Below are positions 19,101 through 31,763 of a stretch of DNA of 64,000 nucleotides, piece after piece. A model generated the notes under the pieces. The model had not been told where the DNA came from, searched no databases, and saw nothing but the letters and a program-made list of their open reading frames with translations. A program made the position numbers and the translations under genes. Each line of letters opens with the position of its first letter. Positions within the stretch are counted from its first letter, which is position 1. The stretch comes from an uncultured bacterium (lineage in GTDB: Bacteria; DUMJ01): assembly GCA_937958695.1 (NCBI GenBank), contig CALGNK010000002.1, forward strand, positions 585-64,584, read 5' to 3'.

Positions 19101-22100
19101 AAAGCATATAAAGAAAGTTTTAGTCATAGGTTCTGGTCCTATTGTTATAGGACAGGCTGCAGAGTTTGATTATGCTGGAACACAAGCATGTAGATCTCTA
19201 AGGGAAGAGGGGATTAGTGTAGTCCTTGTAAATAGTAATCCTGCCACAATAATGACCGATACCACAATGGCGGATAGGGTCTATATAGAACCTCTAGAAG
19301 TTGATGCTATTGAAAAGATTATTGCTAAGGAGAAACCTGATGGTCTTCTCCCTACGCTTGGAGGGCAGACAGGACTAAACCTTGCAGTAAAACTTTATGA
19401 AGCAGGTATTCTGGATAGATATGGAGTAGAACTTCTGGGGACACCCTTAACCGCTATAAAGAATGCAGAAGATAGGGAGTTGTTTAAAAATTTTATTTTA
19501 AGCATAGGTGAACCTGTCCCTGAAAGCGAAATAGTAAGAGACTTAGAGTCTGCTAGAGAATTTGCTAAAAAGGTTGGATTGCCACTTGTTGTAAGACCTG
19601 CCTACACACTTGGTGGAACAGGTGGCGGTTTTGTAGAAAGTTGGGAAGAATTAGAGGAGGTTGTCTCTATAGGTCTTAATGCTAGTATGGTAGGAGAAGT
19701 CCTACTTGAAAAAAGTGTAAGAGGATGGAAAGAGATAGAGTATGAAGTAATGAGAGATAGCAGTGGAACCTGCATAACCGTTTGCAATATGGAAAACTTT
19801 GACCCTATGGGGGTGCATACTGGAGATAGTATTGTAGTAGCTCCAAGTCAGACCTTGACAAATAAAGAATATCAACTTTTAAGAACCGCTTCTTTGAAGA
19901 TAATAGATGGATTAAAGATTGAGGGAGGATGTAATATACAGTTTGCCCTAGATCCTAACAGTACAAAATACTATGTGATTGAGGTGAACCCTAGAGTAAG
20001 TAGGTCAAGTGCCTTGGCTTCTAAGGCTACGGGTTATCCAATTGCTAGGATAAGTGCCAAGATAGCGTTGGGACTTCTCTTAGAAGAGATAAAAAATCCT
20101 GTTACCGGTGAGACTGTCGCTGCCTTTGAACCTGCATTAGATTATGTAGTGGTAAAGATCCCTTGCTGGCCATTTGATAAGTTCCCAGTAAAGGATAGGA
20201 AACTTGGAACACAGATGCAGGCTACGGGAGAAGTTATGGCTCTTGGTAGGACATTTGAAGAGGCTCTATTAAAAGCGGTTAGATCTCTTGAGCATCGTAG
20301 GGAGGGCCTTATAAGACCTGAAATATCTCTACTGAGTGACAAAGAGATAGAAGAGAGACTTAAAAGAGGAGATGATGAAAGGTTATTCCTCTTAGCTGAG
20401 GCTTTAAGGAGGAACTGGAAGATAGATACAATATATGAGCTAACTCATATAGACAGATTCTTTTTGCACAAGATAAAGAATATCGTAGAAATTGAGAAAA
20501 GACTTAAAGAGGAGGATGGTTCCCTTTTACCTTTAGCTAAGAGGTTGGGTATGAGCGATGCCTATATTGCAGAGTGTAAAGGAGAAAGCTTTAATGAGAT
20601 ATCTAATAGAAGAGTAGAAAAGAAGATCTTCCCAGTTTATAAGATGGTAGATACATGTGCTGCCGAATTCTCAGCAGTTACGCCATACTATTACTCGACC
20701 TATGAGTCTGAAGATGAAGTTATAGATAAAGATAATAAAGAGAAGGTCTGTGTCATTGGTGCCGGACCTATAAGAATAGGTCAAGGTATAGAATTTGATT
20801 ACTGTACTGTCCATGCGGTATTTGCATTAAAAGAGAAGGATTATACATCAATAATAATAAACAATAATCCGGAAACAGTGAGTACAGATTTTGATACAGC
20901 AGATAAGTTATACTTTGAACCTTTAAGGGCGGAGGATGTTATAAATGTATTAAGAAGAGAAAAGCCTAAGGGAGTAATAGTCCAACTTGGAGGTCAGACC
21001 GCTATAAATCTAGCTAAAAAGATAAAAGACGCTGGTTTTGAGATTCTTGGTAGCTCTGCAGATAGTATTGATATAGCAGAGGATAGAAATAGGTTTGATG
21101 CCCTTCTTGAGAGGTTAAATATCCCTAGACCTAAAGGGCATACCGCTCTTATATTAGATGAGGCTTTGGCTATTGCAGATGAGATTGGTTTTCCATTGTT
21201 AGTTAGGCCTTCCTATGTGCTTGGTGGAAGGGCTATGGAGATTCTCTACAGTAAAGAAGAATTTGTAAGCTTTGTAAAATATGTCTTGGGCATATCTCCA
21301 GATTATCCTATACTCATAGACCAGTACGTGGTAGGTAAAGAGGCGGAGATAGATGCTATCTGTGATGGTGAAGAGGTTTTTATACCTGGAATAATGGAAC
21401 ACATAGAGAGGGCTGGGGTTCACTCAGGTGATAGCACTGCGGTATACCCACCGTTTTCTCTATCACCAGATGTGCAGAGGACTATGTTAGAGTACGCCTA
21501 TAAGATAGCAAAGGCATTAAATGTAAAAGGCTTTATCAATATACAATTTGCAATAGACAGAAATGATAAGGTCTATATAATAGAGGCTAATCCTAGGGCA
21601 AGCAGGACCGTTCCATTTATGAGTAAGGCAACTGGGATACCTCTTGTTCATATAGCAACTAGGATTATGTTGGGTGAAACCCTAAGAGAGTGTGGATTGA
21701 AAGAGGGTATTTTGAGAGATCCTCCTTATTACTCTGTAAAGGTTCCGGTATTTTCTTTTGGTAAACTTAGAGGTGTAGATCCTATAATGGGACCAGAGAT
21801 GAAGTCTACAGGTGAAGTTATGGGAATAGATCCGGTTTTTGAAATGGCGTTGTTGAAGGGGCTTATCTCCGCTGGAATAAAGGTAGGAAAAACCTATGGG
21901 GCTATCCTTTCTTTAAATGAGAGATTTAGAAGCGAGGCTTTAAGTTCGATAGTAAGATTAAAGGCTTGCGGTTATTCATTCTATTCTACCGTTGGAACTT
22001 ATGAGTGGTTGAAGTCAGAGGGGATAGAAACTCAAAAGATTTCTTCTTTAGAAGATGTAGAAGAACTATTTAGGGCTCGAAAGGTAGATCTAGTAGTTAA

Positions 22101-22323
22101 TACCCCTACTAAAGGAAAAGACTCTAATAGATTTGGCTTTAAGTTAAGGAGGATGGCGGTTGAATGGCAGGTACCTATAATAACTGCTATAGACCTTTTG
22201 GATGCAATAAGTATGGCGGTTAGGGTCTATCCAGAGGGGATAGACTATGATGTATATGCTATAACTGATTACCACAAATTACTCCCTCCTATAGAGGATA
22301 GGATCATAAATCCTTGGAGGTAA
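19090..22323 (+). CDS. carB: Carbamoyl-phosphate synthase large subunit
   Basis: 1077 aa with a duplicated ATP-grasp domain and an MGS-like C-terminus. Confidence 0.95.
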   Translation: MPLKKHIKKVLVIGSGPIVIGQAAEFDYAGTQACRSLREEGISVVLVNSNPATIMTDTTMADRVYIEPLEVDAIEKIIAKEKPDGLLPTLGGQTGLNLAVKLYEAGILDRYGVELLGTPLTAIKNAEDRELFKNFILSIGEPVPESEIVRDLESAREFAKKVGLPLVVRPAYTLGGTGGGFVESWEELEEVVSIGLNASMVGEVLLEKSVRGWKEIEYEVMRDSSGTCITVCNMENFDPMGVHTGDSIVVAPSQTLTNKEYQLLRTASLKIIDGLKIEGGCNIQFALDPNSTKYYVIEVNPRVSRSSALASKATGYPIARISAKIALGLLLEEIKNPVTGETVAAFEPALDYVVVKIPCWPFDKFPVKDRKLGTQMQATGEVMALGRTFEEALLKAVRSLEHRREGLIRPEISLLSDKEIEERLKRGDDERLFLLAEALRRNWKIDTIYELTHIDRFFLHKIKNIVEIEKRLKEEDGSLLPLAKRLGMSDAYIAECKGESFNEISNRRVEKKIFPVYKMVDTCAAEFSAVTPYYYSTYESEDEVIDKDNKEKVCVIGAGPIRIGQGIEFDYCTVHAVFALKEKDYTSIIINNNPETVSTDFDTADKLYFEPLRAEDVINVLRREKPKGVIVQLGGQTAINLAKKIKDAGFEILGSSADSIDIAEDRNRFDALLERLNIPRPKGHTALILDEALAIADEIGFPLLVRPSYVLGGRAMEILYSKEEFVSFVKYVLGISPDYPILIDQYVVGKEAEIDAICDGEEVFIPGIMEHIERAGVHSGDSTAVYPPFSLSPDVQRTMLEYAYKIAKALNVKGFINIQFAIDRNDKVYIIEANPRASRTVPFMSKATGIPLVHIATRIMLGETLRECGLKEGILRDPPYYSVKVPVFSFGKLRGVDPIMGPEMKSTGEVMGIDPVFEMALLKGLISAGIKVGKTYGAILSLNERFRSEALSSIVRLKACGYSFYSTVGTYEWLKSEGIETQKISSLEDVEELFRARKVDLVVNTPTKGKDSNRFGFKLRRMAVEWQVPIITAIDLLDAISMAVRVYPEGIDYDVYAITDYHKLLPPIEDRIINPWR

Positions 22324-22324
22324 T

Positions 22325-23752
22325 ATGTCCGCATTTTTATGGTCAGCAGATGAAGATCTTCCTGATATTGTAAAAAATTTTACGTATTCTATAGATGAAG
22401 ATAAGGAATTGTTTTATTATGATATCCTTGGAGGAATAGCCCATACACTGACCTTATACAGAGGTGGCATAATAACTCAAGATGAGGCAAAAGCTATTAT
22501 AGATGGATTGTATAAGTTAAAAGAAAAGAAAGATATAGATTTCTATAAGTATGAAGATGTTCATACCGCTGTTGAGATTGAGTTAACGAATCTTATAGGA
22601 GAACCTGCTAAAAAATTACATACCGCTAGAAGTAGAAACGACCAAGTAGCTCTTGATGAAAGACTTTATATAAGAGATAAATTAAGAGAATATTTGACTC
22701 TACTTAGAGAGATTATAAAGGCATTTGTTGATCTTGCTAGTATATCCTTAGACATAGTATTACCTGGATTTACTCATCTACAGCCAGCTCAGCCAGTGCT
22801 TATTTCTCACCATCTTTTGGCATATGTAGAGATGATGAAGAGAGATTTTTCTTGTTTCTACTCTATGTATCAAAGATTGAATAAATGTCCTCTAGGTTCT
22901 GGTGCATTAGCTGGGTTGGACTTTCCTTACGATAGGTTCTTTATTTCAGAAATTTTAAGATTTGATGGACCTACCAATAACAGCATGGATACTGTAAGCG
23001 ATAGGGATTATCTATTGGAGTATGTGTTTAATATGCTCATTACTTCTATCCATATGAGTAAGTTTGGTGAAGAGATAGTTATCTGGAATAATCCTCTCTT
23101 TGGTTTTGTAAAGATAAGTCCCGGGTATACAACCGGAAGTAGTATGATGCCACAAAAAAGGAATCCAGATATAGCAGAATTGATAAGGGGTTCTGTAGGA
23201 GAGTATCTAGGATATCTAGATACTCTCGTTGTTATGGCAAAGGGTCTACCGCTTACATATAATAGAGATCTGCAGATAGATAAAAGGGTTATCTTTAGAG
23301 CATCTTACTCCTTTATTATTTTACTTAAAGTTTTTAAGGGATTATTAGAAAATATAGAATTTGATAGAGAAAAGATAAGAGAGAATCTCAAGGATGAGTT
23401 TCTGTTGGCAACAGATTTGGCAGACTTTTTAGTAAATAGAGGTATTCCGTTTCGTTCTGCTCATCATATAGTGAGAAATGTGGTGTTTTACTGCCAAGAG
23501 CAGAATAGATCTTTTAGTCAGTTAAGTAAGGATGAATGGAAGAGATTCCATGAAGAATTCTTAAATCTTTCGGAAGACTTCTTCTCTTTTGAAAATTCTG
23601 TGGCTAGGAGAGATACCTATGGGGGAACAAGTAAGAATCAGGTCGAGTATCAGATCCTTCTGAATAGAAAATGGCTAGAAGAGAGTCAAGCTCAGATAGA
23701 AAAGATAGCATCTATAAGTATAGAAGAGTTATTTTCAAGCATAAATTTATAG
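22325..23752 (+). CDS. argH: Argininosuccinate lyase
   Basis: Fumarate-lyase signature GSSMMPQKRNPD. Confidence 0.92.
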   Translation: MSAFLWSADEDLPDIVKNFTYSIDEDKELFYYDILGGIAHTLTLYRGGIITQDEAKAIIDGLYKLKEKKDIDFYKYEDVHTAVEIELTNLIGEPAKKLHTARSRNDQVALDERLYIRDKLREYLTLLREIIKAFVDLASISLDIVLPGFTHLQPAQPVLISHHLLAYVEMMKRDFSCFYSMYQRLNKCPLGSGALAGLDFPYDRFFISEILRFDGPTNNSMDTVSDRDYLLEYVFNMLITSIHMSKFGEEIVIWNNPLFGFVKISPGYTTGSSMMPQKRNPDIAELIRGSVGEYLGYLDTLVVMAKGLPLTYNRDLQIDKRVIFRASYSFIILLKVFKGLLENIEFDREKIRENLKDEFLLATDLADFLVNRGIPFRSAHHIVRNVVFYCQEQNRSFSQLSKDEWKRFHEEFLNLSEDFFSFENSVARRDTYGGTSKNQVEYQILLNRKWLEESQAQIEKIASISIEELFSSINL

Positions 23753-23764
23753 TATAATAAAAAC

Positions 23765-25153
23765 ATGATGGAAAAATTACTAACTATAGAAGAGATATTG
23801 AGTTTTGATAGAGAGACAACGAGAGATTTATATAGAGAGTTTGTAAACTCTGGATTTTCAAGGCTTTTATCTCTTTTAGATTTTGATAAGAATTTTGTAA
23901 AGGCACAGGGTCCATATGTCTGGGATGATAGAGGCAATAAGTATATAGACTTCCTAGGTGGCTATGGTGCTCTTAACCTTGGTCATAATCATCCAGATGT
24001 AATATCCGCTATAGAAAAGATAAAAGATAAGCCCAATATATTACAGGCTTCATTGAATAAACTTTCTGCTGGATTAGCCCATAATTTAGCAATGATATCT
24101 CCTAAAGGATTAAGACATGTGTTCTTCTGTAATAGTGGGGCAGAGGCGGTAGAATCTGCTCTTAAATTGGCAAGAATATCTACAGGTAGAAGGGTCTTTG
24201 TATACTGTTCGAACTCTTTTCATGGTAAAACCTTTGGGGCTTTATCAGTTACGGGAAGAGAAAAGTATCGTAAACCGTTTGAGCCTCTGATACAAGATGT
24301 AAGAGAGATCCCATTTGGAGATGTATCTGCTCTGGAGTCTGCATTAAAGTCTAGAGATGTTGCCGGTTTTATAGTAGAGCCTATTCAGGGTGAAGGTGGA
24401 ATTATTGTTCCTCCCGATGGCTATCTTAGATCTGCAAGAGATATATGCAATAGATACGGAACACTACTTATAGTTGATGAGATACAAACTGGTTTTGGTA
24501 GGACAGGATATATGTTTGCCTGTCAAAAGGAAGATGTAACACCAGACATTATGTGTATGGCTAAGTCTTTAGGTGGAGGTATAATGCCGATAGGAGCCAT
24601 TATTTCTACTAATGAAGTTTGGGATAAAGGCTATGGTGGTTTAGAGAGATGTCTACTCCATACTTCCACCTTTGGTGGAAACTCTTGGGCTATGTCTGCT
24701 GGTATAGCTACTATAGATGTGATAGTAAAGGAAAATCTTCCGGAACAGGCAAAGGAAAAGGGCGATTACTTCTTAAATAAATTATTAACTCTAAAAGAAA
24801 AACATAAGCTAATAAAAGATATTAGAGGTAGAGGACTTATGATTGGTCTAGAATTCTATCAGCCAGAAGGGGGAGTCTTAGATAAGATTACTGGTGGTGG
24901 AGTTAGTAAGATAACTAGTGAGTATTTGGGTTCTCTGGTAGCAGGAGAGCTTCTCAATAGATATAATATTATAACTGCCTATACCCTTAATAATCCCAAT
25001 GTAATTAGACTAGAACCACCTCTTATAATATCTCAAGAGGACTTAGACAGATTTGTTGACGCTATGGATGACCTATTAAGGTCTCATCCAACGATTGCTA
25101 AGATTGCTTTAGCAAGTAGTAGAACTATCTTCGGTTCTATATTCAAAAGGTAG
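23765..25153 (+). CDS. Second class-III PLP aminotransferase (ornithine/acetylornithine/putrescine-type, 462 aa)
   Basis: DEIQTGFGRTG motif. It has a longer N-terminus than ArgD, so specificity is not assignable. Confidence 0.7.
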   Translation: MMEKLLTIEEILSFDRETTRDLYREFVNSGFSRLLSLLDFDKNFVKAQGPYVWDDRGNKYIDFLGGYGALNLGHNHPDVISAIEKIKDKPNILQASLNKLSAGLAHNLAMISPKGLRHVFFCNSGAEAVESALKLARISTGRRVFVYCSNSFHGKTFGALSVTGREKYRKPFEPLIQDVREIPFGDVSALESALKSRDVAGFIVEPIQGEGGIIVPPDGYLRSARDICNRYGTLLIVDEIQTGFGRTGYMFACQKEDVTPDIMCMAKSLGGGIMPIGAIISTNEVWDKGYGGLERCLLHTSTFGGNSWAMSAGIATIDVIVKENLPEQAKEKGDYFLNKLLTLKEKHKLIKDIRGRGLMIGLEFYQPEGGVLDKITGGGVSKITSEYLGSLVAGELLNRYNIITAYTLNNPNVIRLEPPLIISQEDLDRFVDAMDDLLRSHPTIAKIALASSRTIFGSIFKR

Positions 25154-26038
25154 GTGTTCCCTACGAGGTCAGGGTTAGTAACTATTATTGGTAGACCAAA
25201 TGTTGGAAAGTCTACACTCCTAAATGCCCTTATCGGAGAGAAGATAAGCATTGTTTCAGATAGACCACAAACTACTAGGAAGAATATACTCGGTGTCCTT
25301 ACAAAAGACGATGTGCAAATAATGTTTCTAGATACACCTGGAATTCATAAACCAAAGGATAACCTCGGGGAACATATGGTAAAGAATGCCATATCAGCTT
25401 TAGAGGATGATGTGGATCTTGTTCTCTTTCTGATAGATGTTAAAGAGATCACAGACGAAGATGTTTATATAGATAGATATGTATTACCCAAATACAATAC
25501 TAAAAAGATGTTAGTAATAAATAAGTGTGACTTAGTGAATATTGATCCTGTTGAAGCTGTAAGGGATAAGATAAATATTAACAACTATGATGAAGTTATT
25601 CCTATATCTGCTCTTTATGGTACGAATCTAGATAAATTGGAAGAGACCATAAAGAAGCATCTACCTGAAGGTCCGCAGTACTATCCTGAGGATACTAAGA
25701 CTACAGAACCGATAGAGGATAGGATAAGAGAAATCATAAGGGAAAAGGCAATCTTACTTACCTATCAGGAGATACCTTACAGTATAGCGGTAGCCCTTGA
25801 AGAGTTCTATGAAAAAGAAAATATATTCTACATAAGGGCAATAATATTTGTAGAAAAAGATTCCCAAAAGGGTATCATCATAGGAAAGAATGGAAAAAAA
25901 CTTAAAGATATAGGAATCTTAGCTAGAGAAGAGTTAGAGGCTCTCCTTGGTAAAAAGGTATATCTAGACCTTTGGGTAAAAGTGAAGGAGAAGTGGCGAA
26001 AGAAGGCTAGGTGGGTTGAAGAGTTAGTGTACAGTTAA
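25154..26038 (+). CDS. era: GTPase Era
   Basis: GRPNVGKST P-loop, DTPG, and a C-terminal KH domain region. Confidence 0.88.
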   Translation: MFPTRSGLVTIIGRPNVGKSTLLNALIGEKISIVSDRPQTTRKNILGVLTKDDVQIMFLDTPGIHKPKDNLGEHMVKNAISALEDDVDLVLFLIDVKEITDEDVYIDRYVLPKYNTKKMLVINKCDLVNIDPVEAVRDKININNYDEVIPISALYGTNLDKLEETIKKHLPEGPQYYPEDTKTTEPIEDRIREIIREKAILLTYQEIPYSIAVALEEFYEKENIFYIRAIIFVEKDSQKGIIIGKNGKKLKDIGILAREELEALLGKKVYLDLWVKVKEKWRKKARWVEELVYS

Positions 26039-26059
26039 TCACTATGATATAATATCCTT

Positions 26060-26782
26060 ATGAATTCCTATTATATTACTGGTATTATTCTTTCTCGTGA
26101 GAATATCGGAGAAAAGGATAGATTGATTGTTTTTCTTACAAGAGAGAAAGGAAAACTAAGGGCGGTAGCTAGAAGTTCTAGGAGGATATCTAGTAAAATG
26201 GCTGGAAGTTTAGAACCATTTAATTTTGTAAGATGTTGGATACATATTGGGAAGACCTTTGATATTATTAAAGGGGTTGAGCTTATAAGGACATTTCCAA
26301 ATCTCATAAGGGATATAAATAGATATCTTTATGTAAGTAGAATAGTAGAATTTGTCCAATATATAGCTCAGGAAAATGATGAGAGTCCTGAGTTATTTAG
26401 ACTTTTGCTTGGTACTATGAGCGCTATGAATGATTACGAAAATATTAACTCTATATATATATTCTTCTGGATCAATGTATTAACCTTAGCTGGATATAAG
26501 ATGAGATTGGATAGATGTATCTGTGGGAAGGGGGATATCAAAGCCTTTAGCTCCTCTATGGGTGGGGTTTTGTGTAATGATTGCGTTGAGAAAGCTAATG
26601 ATGTCATAAGCGTTTCTGGTTGTGCACTTACATTACTAAGAGAATATGCTCATATAAAATTGAGCGAGGCTATAAAAAGGGAGATCCCGCAATATTTGAT
26701 CGAAGAGGTAGAGAATATAATATCAAACTTTAGAATCCACCATACAAATATAAGACTTAAGTCTGAAGAGGTGAATGTATGA
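26060..26782 (+). CDS. recO: DNA repair protein RecO
   Basis: RecO fold with a C4 zinc finger (CICGK...CNDC); position after era. Confidence 0.8.
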   Translation: MNSYYITGIILSRENIGEKDRLIVFLTREKGKLRAVARSSRRISSKMAGSLEPFNFVRCWIHIGKTFDIIKGVELIRTFPNLIRDINRYLYVSRIVEFVQYIAQENDESPELFRLLLGTMSAMNDYENINSIYIFFWINVLTLAGYKMRLDRCICGKGDIKAFSSSMGGVLCNDCVEKANDVISVSGCALTLLREYAHIKLSEAIKREIPQYLIEEVENIISNFRIHHTNIRLKSEEVNV

Positions 26783-27630
26783 CATTTCAAGAGGTAATCT
26801 TAAATCTTCTAAATTTTTGGCAGGATCAAAATTGTATCATAACCCAGCCATACGATATGGAAGTTGGTGCTGGAACTATGAGTCCAGATACGTTCTTTAG
26901 AGCTTTGGGAAAAGAAAGCTGGAATGTTGCCTATGTGCAACCTAGCAGAAGACCAGCAGACGGCAGATTTGGCGAAAATCCAAATAGGCTAGGTAAATAC
27001 TACCAGTTACAAGTTATACTAAAGCCTGCTCCTTTTAATGTCCAGGATGTCTATATAGAGAGTCTAAAAAGCTTAGGGATAGACCCGTTGCTACATGATA
27101 TAAGGTTTGTTGAGGATAACTGGGAATCCCCAACCCTTGGCGCTTGGGGCTTAGGCTGGGAGGTCTGGCTTGATGGTATGGAGATTACTCAATTCACCTA
27201 TTTCCAGCAGATGGGAGGTTTGCCGGTAGATGTAGTATCAGCAGAGATTACCTATGGGTTAGAGAGGATAGCTATGTATGTTCAGGGAAAGGATAACGTA
27301 TTTGACTTACTTTGGAATAATGATATTACTTATGGAGATGTGAGATTTCAAGAAGAGGTTGAATTTTCAAAGTATGCACTTTTGAATGGGGATAATAAGA
27401 CGCTTAGAGAATTTTTTGATGGCTGTGAGAGGGAAGCTAGAAGGTTACTTGAACTTAAGCTTGTCCTGCCAGCCTATGACCATACACTTAAGTGTTCACA
27501 TATATTTAATCTCTTAGATGCCGGAGGAATGCTCTCTTATACAGAAAGGGTATCTTATATTGGTAGGGTAAGGGCATTGGCAAGAGAGTGTGCAAGATTA
27601 TACTTAGAGATGAAAGGAGAGTTGGTATGA
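26779..27630 (+). CDS. glyQ: Glycine--tRNA ligase alpha subunit
   Basis: Highly conserved GlyQ sequence; 283 aa. Confidence 0.93.
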   Translation: MTFQEVILNLLNFWQDQNCIITQPYDMEVGAGTMSPDTFFRALGKESWNVAYVQPSRRPADGRFGENPNRLGKYYQLQVILKPAPFNVQDVYIESLKSLGIDPLLHDIRFVEDNWESPTLGAWGLGWEVWLDGMEITQFTYFQQMGGLPVDVVSAEITYGLERIAMYVQGKDNVFDLLWNNDITYGDVRFQEEVEFSKYALLNGDNKTLREFFDGCEREARRLLELKLVLPAYDHTLKCSHIFNLLDAGGMLSYTERVSYIGRVRALARECARLYLEMKGELV

Positions 27631-29627
27631 AGGATTTTCTTCTTGAGATAGGGACTGAAGAGCTTCCTGCTGGGATCTTTCCAGATATTATAAACCAGAT
27701 AGAAGATAAGACTAAGAATCTTTTAGATAGATACCGTATAGACTATAAAGATATAGAGGTATTTGCAACTCCAAGGAGACTTGTGCTGTTTATTTATGAG
27801 TTGGGAGATATGCAGAGGGATGAGATAAAGAAGGTTAAGGGTCCTCCAAGGAATGTGTCGTTAGACAGCAGTGGAAATCCAACAAAGGCTTTACTTGGTT
27901 TTGTTGAAAGACAGGGATGTAGTATAGAAGATATAAATTTTGAGAGTACTCCTCAGGGAGAATATGCCTTTGCTTATATAAAAATAGGAGGAAAACCTGT
28001 TAAAGACCTAATGGGAGAATTTTCAAAAGAGCTTATAAGCTCTCTTGAATTCCAGAGAAATATGTATTGGGAAGATACAAGGTTTTTGTTCTCTAGACCT
28101 ATAAGATGGTTATTATCTCTCTTAGATGATGAAGTAGTTTCATTTGAATTAGCAGGAATAAAGTCAGATAGATATACATATGGACATAGATTTTTAGCCC
28201 CAGGTCCATTTGAGGTAAAAAATGTAGGAGATTATAAAGATACTGTGAGATCCTCCTTTGTAATGTTTGACCATAAGGAAAGAAGAGACTATATATCAAA
28301 AGAGATAGAAAAGAAAGCTAAAGAGATAGAGGCAAAACCTATATTAAATGAGGAGCTTCTGAATGAGGTAACTTTCTTAGTAGAGCATCCATTTATAATC
28401 CTCGGGGAGTTTTCTAGCGAATTCCTCGAGATACCGAGGGAGATACTCACAACTGTTATGATACACCACCAGAGATATATCCCTTTAGAGAAGGATGGAT
28501 CTTTATACAATGGATTCATTATAGTTAGCAATATAGGAGGCAGAGCGGAAGAGAATATAAAGAAAGGAAACGAAAGAGTTATATCTGCTAGGTTTAGTGA
28601 TGCAAAGTTCTTCTATGAGAGAGATACGATGATACCTCTAAGGGATAGAGTAAAGGATTTAGAAAAGATAAGCCTACCAGGAGAGAAAGGGACATTAAAG
28701 GACAAAGTAGAGAAGATGAGGCTAGTTTTAGATTACTTAATAGAATCACTAAAACTTTATGATATTAAAGATGCACTTAATAATGCTCTTACTCTATGTG
28801 AGACAGATAGAACTACAGAGATGGTAAAAGAATTCCCTGAATTGCATGGTATTATGGGTGGTATATATGCAAGACTTCATGAGGAGGAATATATTTGGAA
28901 GAGTATATACTATCACGAGAGCGAAGATCCTCCAGTTTTTGGTGCTAGACTTTTGGCCATATCTGAAAAGACGTATGATATAATTTCTCACTTTAACGAG
29001 GGGTATATACCTTCTGGTTCTCAGGACCCTTATGGTCTAAGGAAATCTGCTTATGTATTGGTTTCTCTGATAGGAGATGGTAATATTGATATAGAACTTG
29101 GTCCTATTATGGATATACTTGAATGCAGAGACAAAGAAGAGGTATGGAACTTTCTATCTCAGAGGTTATACATTTACCTCTTAAATAGAGGAATAAAAAG
29201 AGATCTGGTTGAATCAGCCCTAGGGCTAGATACTACTTCAATAGCCAGAATTGTTAATACAGCAAACACATTGCAAAGTCTATCTGTTAGAGAGTCTTTT
29301 CCTCTATTTATAACCTCTGCGGTGAGATGCTATAGGATTACAAAAGATATGAAGGATTTACCAATTTGTAATCCCAGTCTCTTTGAAGTAGAGGATGAGA
29401 AGAATCTGTATAGATTTATAGAAGAATTTCCTAAAGATATAACTTTACTAGAAAAAAGATATGAGGCACTCTTACCATTGGTAGAGATGCTGGATAAGTT
29501 CTTCAAGAATGTATTTGTAATGGTAGATGATGAGAAAATAAGAAATAATAGACTTGCCTTACTAAAAGAGACTTATAAGCTATTCTCTCCTTTTGGAGAT
29601 TTAACTAAGGTGGAAGAGAGATTATGA
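27627..29627 (+). CDS. glyS: Glycine--tRNA ligase beta subunit
   Basis: The [15 protein letters not shown]-terminus begins at the ATG at 27627, overlapping glyQ by ATGA. The track start at 27588 is probably too early. Confidence 0.88.
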   Translation: MKDFLLEIGTEELPAGIFPDIINQIEDKTKNLLDRYRIDYKDIEVFATPRRLVLFIYELGDMQRDEIKKVKGPPRNVSLDSSGNPTKALLGFVERQGCSIEDINFESTPQGEYAFAYIKIGGKPVKDLMGEFSKELISSLEFQRNMYWEDTRFLFSRPIRWLLSLLDDEVVSFELAGIKSDRYTYGHRFLAPGPFEVKNVGDYKDTVRSSFVMFDHKERRDYISKEIEKKAKEIEAKPILNEELLNEVTFLVEHPFIILGEFSSEFLEIPREILTTVMIHHQRYIPLEKDGSLYNGFIIVSNIGGRAEENIKKGNERVISARFSDAKFFYERDTMIPLRDRVKDLEKISLPGEKGTLKDKVEKMRLVLDYLIESLKLYDIKDALNNALTLCETDRTTEMVKEFPELHGIMGGIYARLHEEEYIWKSIYYHESEDPPVFGARLLAISEKTYDIISHFNEGYIPSGSQDPYGLRKSAYVLVSLIGDGNIDIELGPIMDILECRDKEEVWNFLSQRLYIYLLNRGIKRDLVESALGLDTTSIARIVNTANTLQSLSVRESFPLFITSAVRCYRITKDMKDLPICNPSLFEVEDEKNLYRFIEEFPKDITLLEKRYEALLPLVEMLDKFFKNVFVMVDDEKIRNNRLALLKETYKLFSPFGDLTKVEERL

Positions 29628-30904
29628 AGTTCTACATATGGACTATTGGATGCCAGATGAATGAGAAACAGAGTGAGGAATTATCTGCTCTATTAAAGAG
29701 ACGTGGAGATATAGAGGTTGATTCCCCAGAACTTGCAGACCTTATAATCTTGAATACTTGCTCTGTTAGAAGGCGTTCCGAGATTCGTATTGAAGGGAGA
29801 ATTGGGGAATTTAAGAGATTAAAAGAGAAGAATAATCCTATCATTGTAGTTGCTGGCTGTTATGCACAGGCTCATAGAGAAAAGATATTAGAGAGATTTC
29901 CATATGTAGATAAGGTTGTTGGGACCTTTGACTTTTTAAATATACCGGAACTCTTAAACGATAATAGAAGACTCTATACAGAAGAAAAGAAAACAGAATG
30001 GGAGATAATTTTGCCTGAGAAAGCAAGGATCTCCTCTTTCATAAGAATTATGGAGGGGTGCAATAACTTCTGTAGTTACTGTATTGTTCCATATGTTAGA
30101 GGAAGAGAGAGGAGTAAACCTAGCAAGCTCATCATAGAAGAGGCAAAGGGACTTGTAGCTAGAGGTGCAAGAGAGATAGTTCTACTTGGACAGAACGTAA
30201 ATTCTTATGGTAAGGATATCCCTGGAGAGATAACATTTGCCCAACTCCTCTATAGGCTCAATGATATAGAAGGACTGGAAAGAATTAGATTTACCACATC
30301 TCATCCAAAAGACGTATCTGATGAACTTATAAAGGCTATGGCAGAACTTCCTAAAGTGTGTGAGCATTTACATCTTCCAGTGCAAGGTGGAAATGATAGG
30401 ATACTTAGGCTTATGAATAGAAACTATACAAAAGATCAGTATAGAAGATTAATAGAAAAGGTCAGGACTGCAATACCCGATATAGCTTTGACTACAGATA
30501 TAATAATTGGTTATCCAACTGAAACAGAGGAAGAGTTTGAAGAACTCTTAGAGTTTATAAAAGAGATAAGGTTCGACCAGGTTTATTCAGCGATTTTTTC
30601 TAAAAGGCCTATGGCTAAAGCTTCTGAACTTCCAGATTTACCGTATGAAGTAAAGCAGAAGAGATACGAGATATTTAATCAGGTTCAGAATGAGATATCA
30701 AGAGAATTAAATGAGAGACTTATAGGTACCATTCAAGAGGTTTTAATAGAAGAGGATAGAACGAAGTTCCCGAATCAGTCTAGAGGAAGAACTAGGACTA
30801 ACAAGGTAGTCGTTATAGATGAGAAGATAAATCCTGGAACGATAATAAAAGTAAAGATAAAAGAGGCAAGTGAGTATACTCTAAAGGGTGAGAGGGTAGA
30901 ATAG
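29624..30904 (+). CDS. miaB: MiaB-family radical SAM methylthiotransferase (tRNA i6A37 methylthiotransferase-like) with C-terminal TRAM
   Basis: N-terminal GCQMNE, radical SAM motif CSYCIVP, and a TRAM C-terminus; 426 aa. Confidence 0.75.
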   Translation: MKFYIWTIGCQMNEKQSEELSALLKRRGDIEVDSPELADLIILNTCSVRRRSEIRIEGRIGEFKRLKEKNNPIIVVAGCYAQAHREKILERFPYVDKVVGTFDFLNIPELLNDNRRLYTEEKKTEWEIILPEKARISSFIRIMEGCNNFCSYCIVPYVRGRERSKPSKLIIEEAKGLVARGAREIVLLGQNVNSYGKDIPGEITFAQLLYRLNDIEGLERIRFTTSHPKDVSDELIKAMAELPKVCEHLHLPVQGGNDRILRLMNRNYTKDQYRRLIEKVRTAIPDIALTTDIIIGYPTETEEEFEELLEFIKEIRFDQVYSAIFSKRPMAKASELPDLPYEVKQKRYEIFNQVQNEISRELNERLIGTIQEVLIEEDRTKFPNQSRGRTRTNKVVVIDEKINPGTIIKVKIKEASEYTLKGERVE

Positions 30905-30918
30905 CCTCTTTTATATTA

Positions 30919-31677
30919 TTATCTCCAGGGAGGCGTAGCAGACCTACGCACGTTAATCTCGTCTATAACAGCATTGCCTCTATGGGTGATTAAAAATAAG
31001 ACTATTTCTGCTATCTCTTCTGGAGATATAAGTGTTTCTGGATCTATATCTGGCCTTGTTAATGCTACCATACTTGTTGCGACTCCACCTGGAGATATTA
31101 CATGAACCCTAATTCCATCTTGGAAGACTTCCTGAGCCAATACCTTTGTAAAGCCCATGAGTGCGTGTTTGGAAGCGGTATATGCACCTTGATTTATGTA
31201 ACCCTTTGTACCTACCACAGAAGAGATATTTATGACGGTAGCAATGTCAGATTTTTTAAGGTATGGAATGGCTTCTCTGGTTAATAAAAAAGGGGCACGG
31301 ACATTTACTGCCATCATTGTATCCCACTCTTCTAGTGTTGTTTCAATAATAGGCTTTGCCAGGGCTATTCCTGCGTTGTTTATAAGTATATCCAATCTAC
31401 CAAAATGACTTATTGTTTTCTTAACTATTATTGATGGTGTTGCTGGATCTTGAAGATCACCTGGGCAGATGAGAACATCTATTCCACAAGAACTTAGATC
31501 TTCTTTTAATATAGAGAGAGAATCTTCTGTCCTTGCATTTACTGCTAGATTTACTCCGTTTTGCCCTAGGAGTAAAGCTATTGCTCTACCTATTCCTCTG
31601 CTTGCTCCGGTAATTAAAGCCACTCTGCCTATTAAATTGACTTTCATTATTCCCTCCTCCTCGAATAATTGTATCAT
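30919..31677 (-). CDS. SDR-family oxidoreductase (3-oxoacyl-ACP reductase-like)
   Basis: TGASRGIGRAIA and YTASK motifs. Confidence 0.8.
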   Translation of the reverse strand: MIQLFEEEGIMKVNLIGRVALITGASRGIGRAIALLLGQNGVNLAVNARTEDSLSILKEDLSSCGIDVLICPGDLQDPATPSIIVKKTISHFGRLDILINNAGIALAKPIIETTLEEWDTMMAVNVRAPFLLTREAIPYLKKSDIATVINISSVVGTKGYINQGAYTASKHALMGFTKVLAQEVFQDGIRVHVISPGGVATSMVALTRPDIDPETLISPEEIAEIVLFLITHRGNAVIDEINVRRSATPPWR

Positions 31678-31763
31678 AATTTTTTAAATTTTTACTATAT
31701 TGACAATACTTATTTTTGATACTATGCTTTATCCTAGATGATTGAAAAGAAAGGAGTGAAGGT

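Noticed and set aside
30933-30949. GCGTAG-cagac-CTACGC inverted repeat at the miaB/SDR convergent junction
   Set aside because: Only a 6-bp stem, located inside the SDR coding 3' end. Too weak to call a bidirectional terminator.
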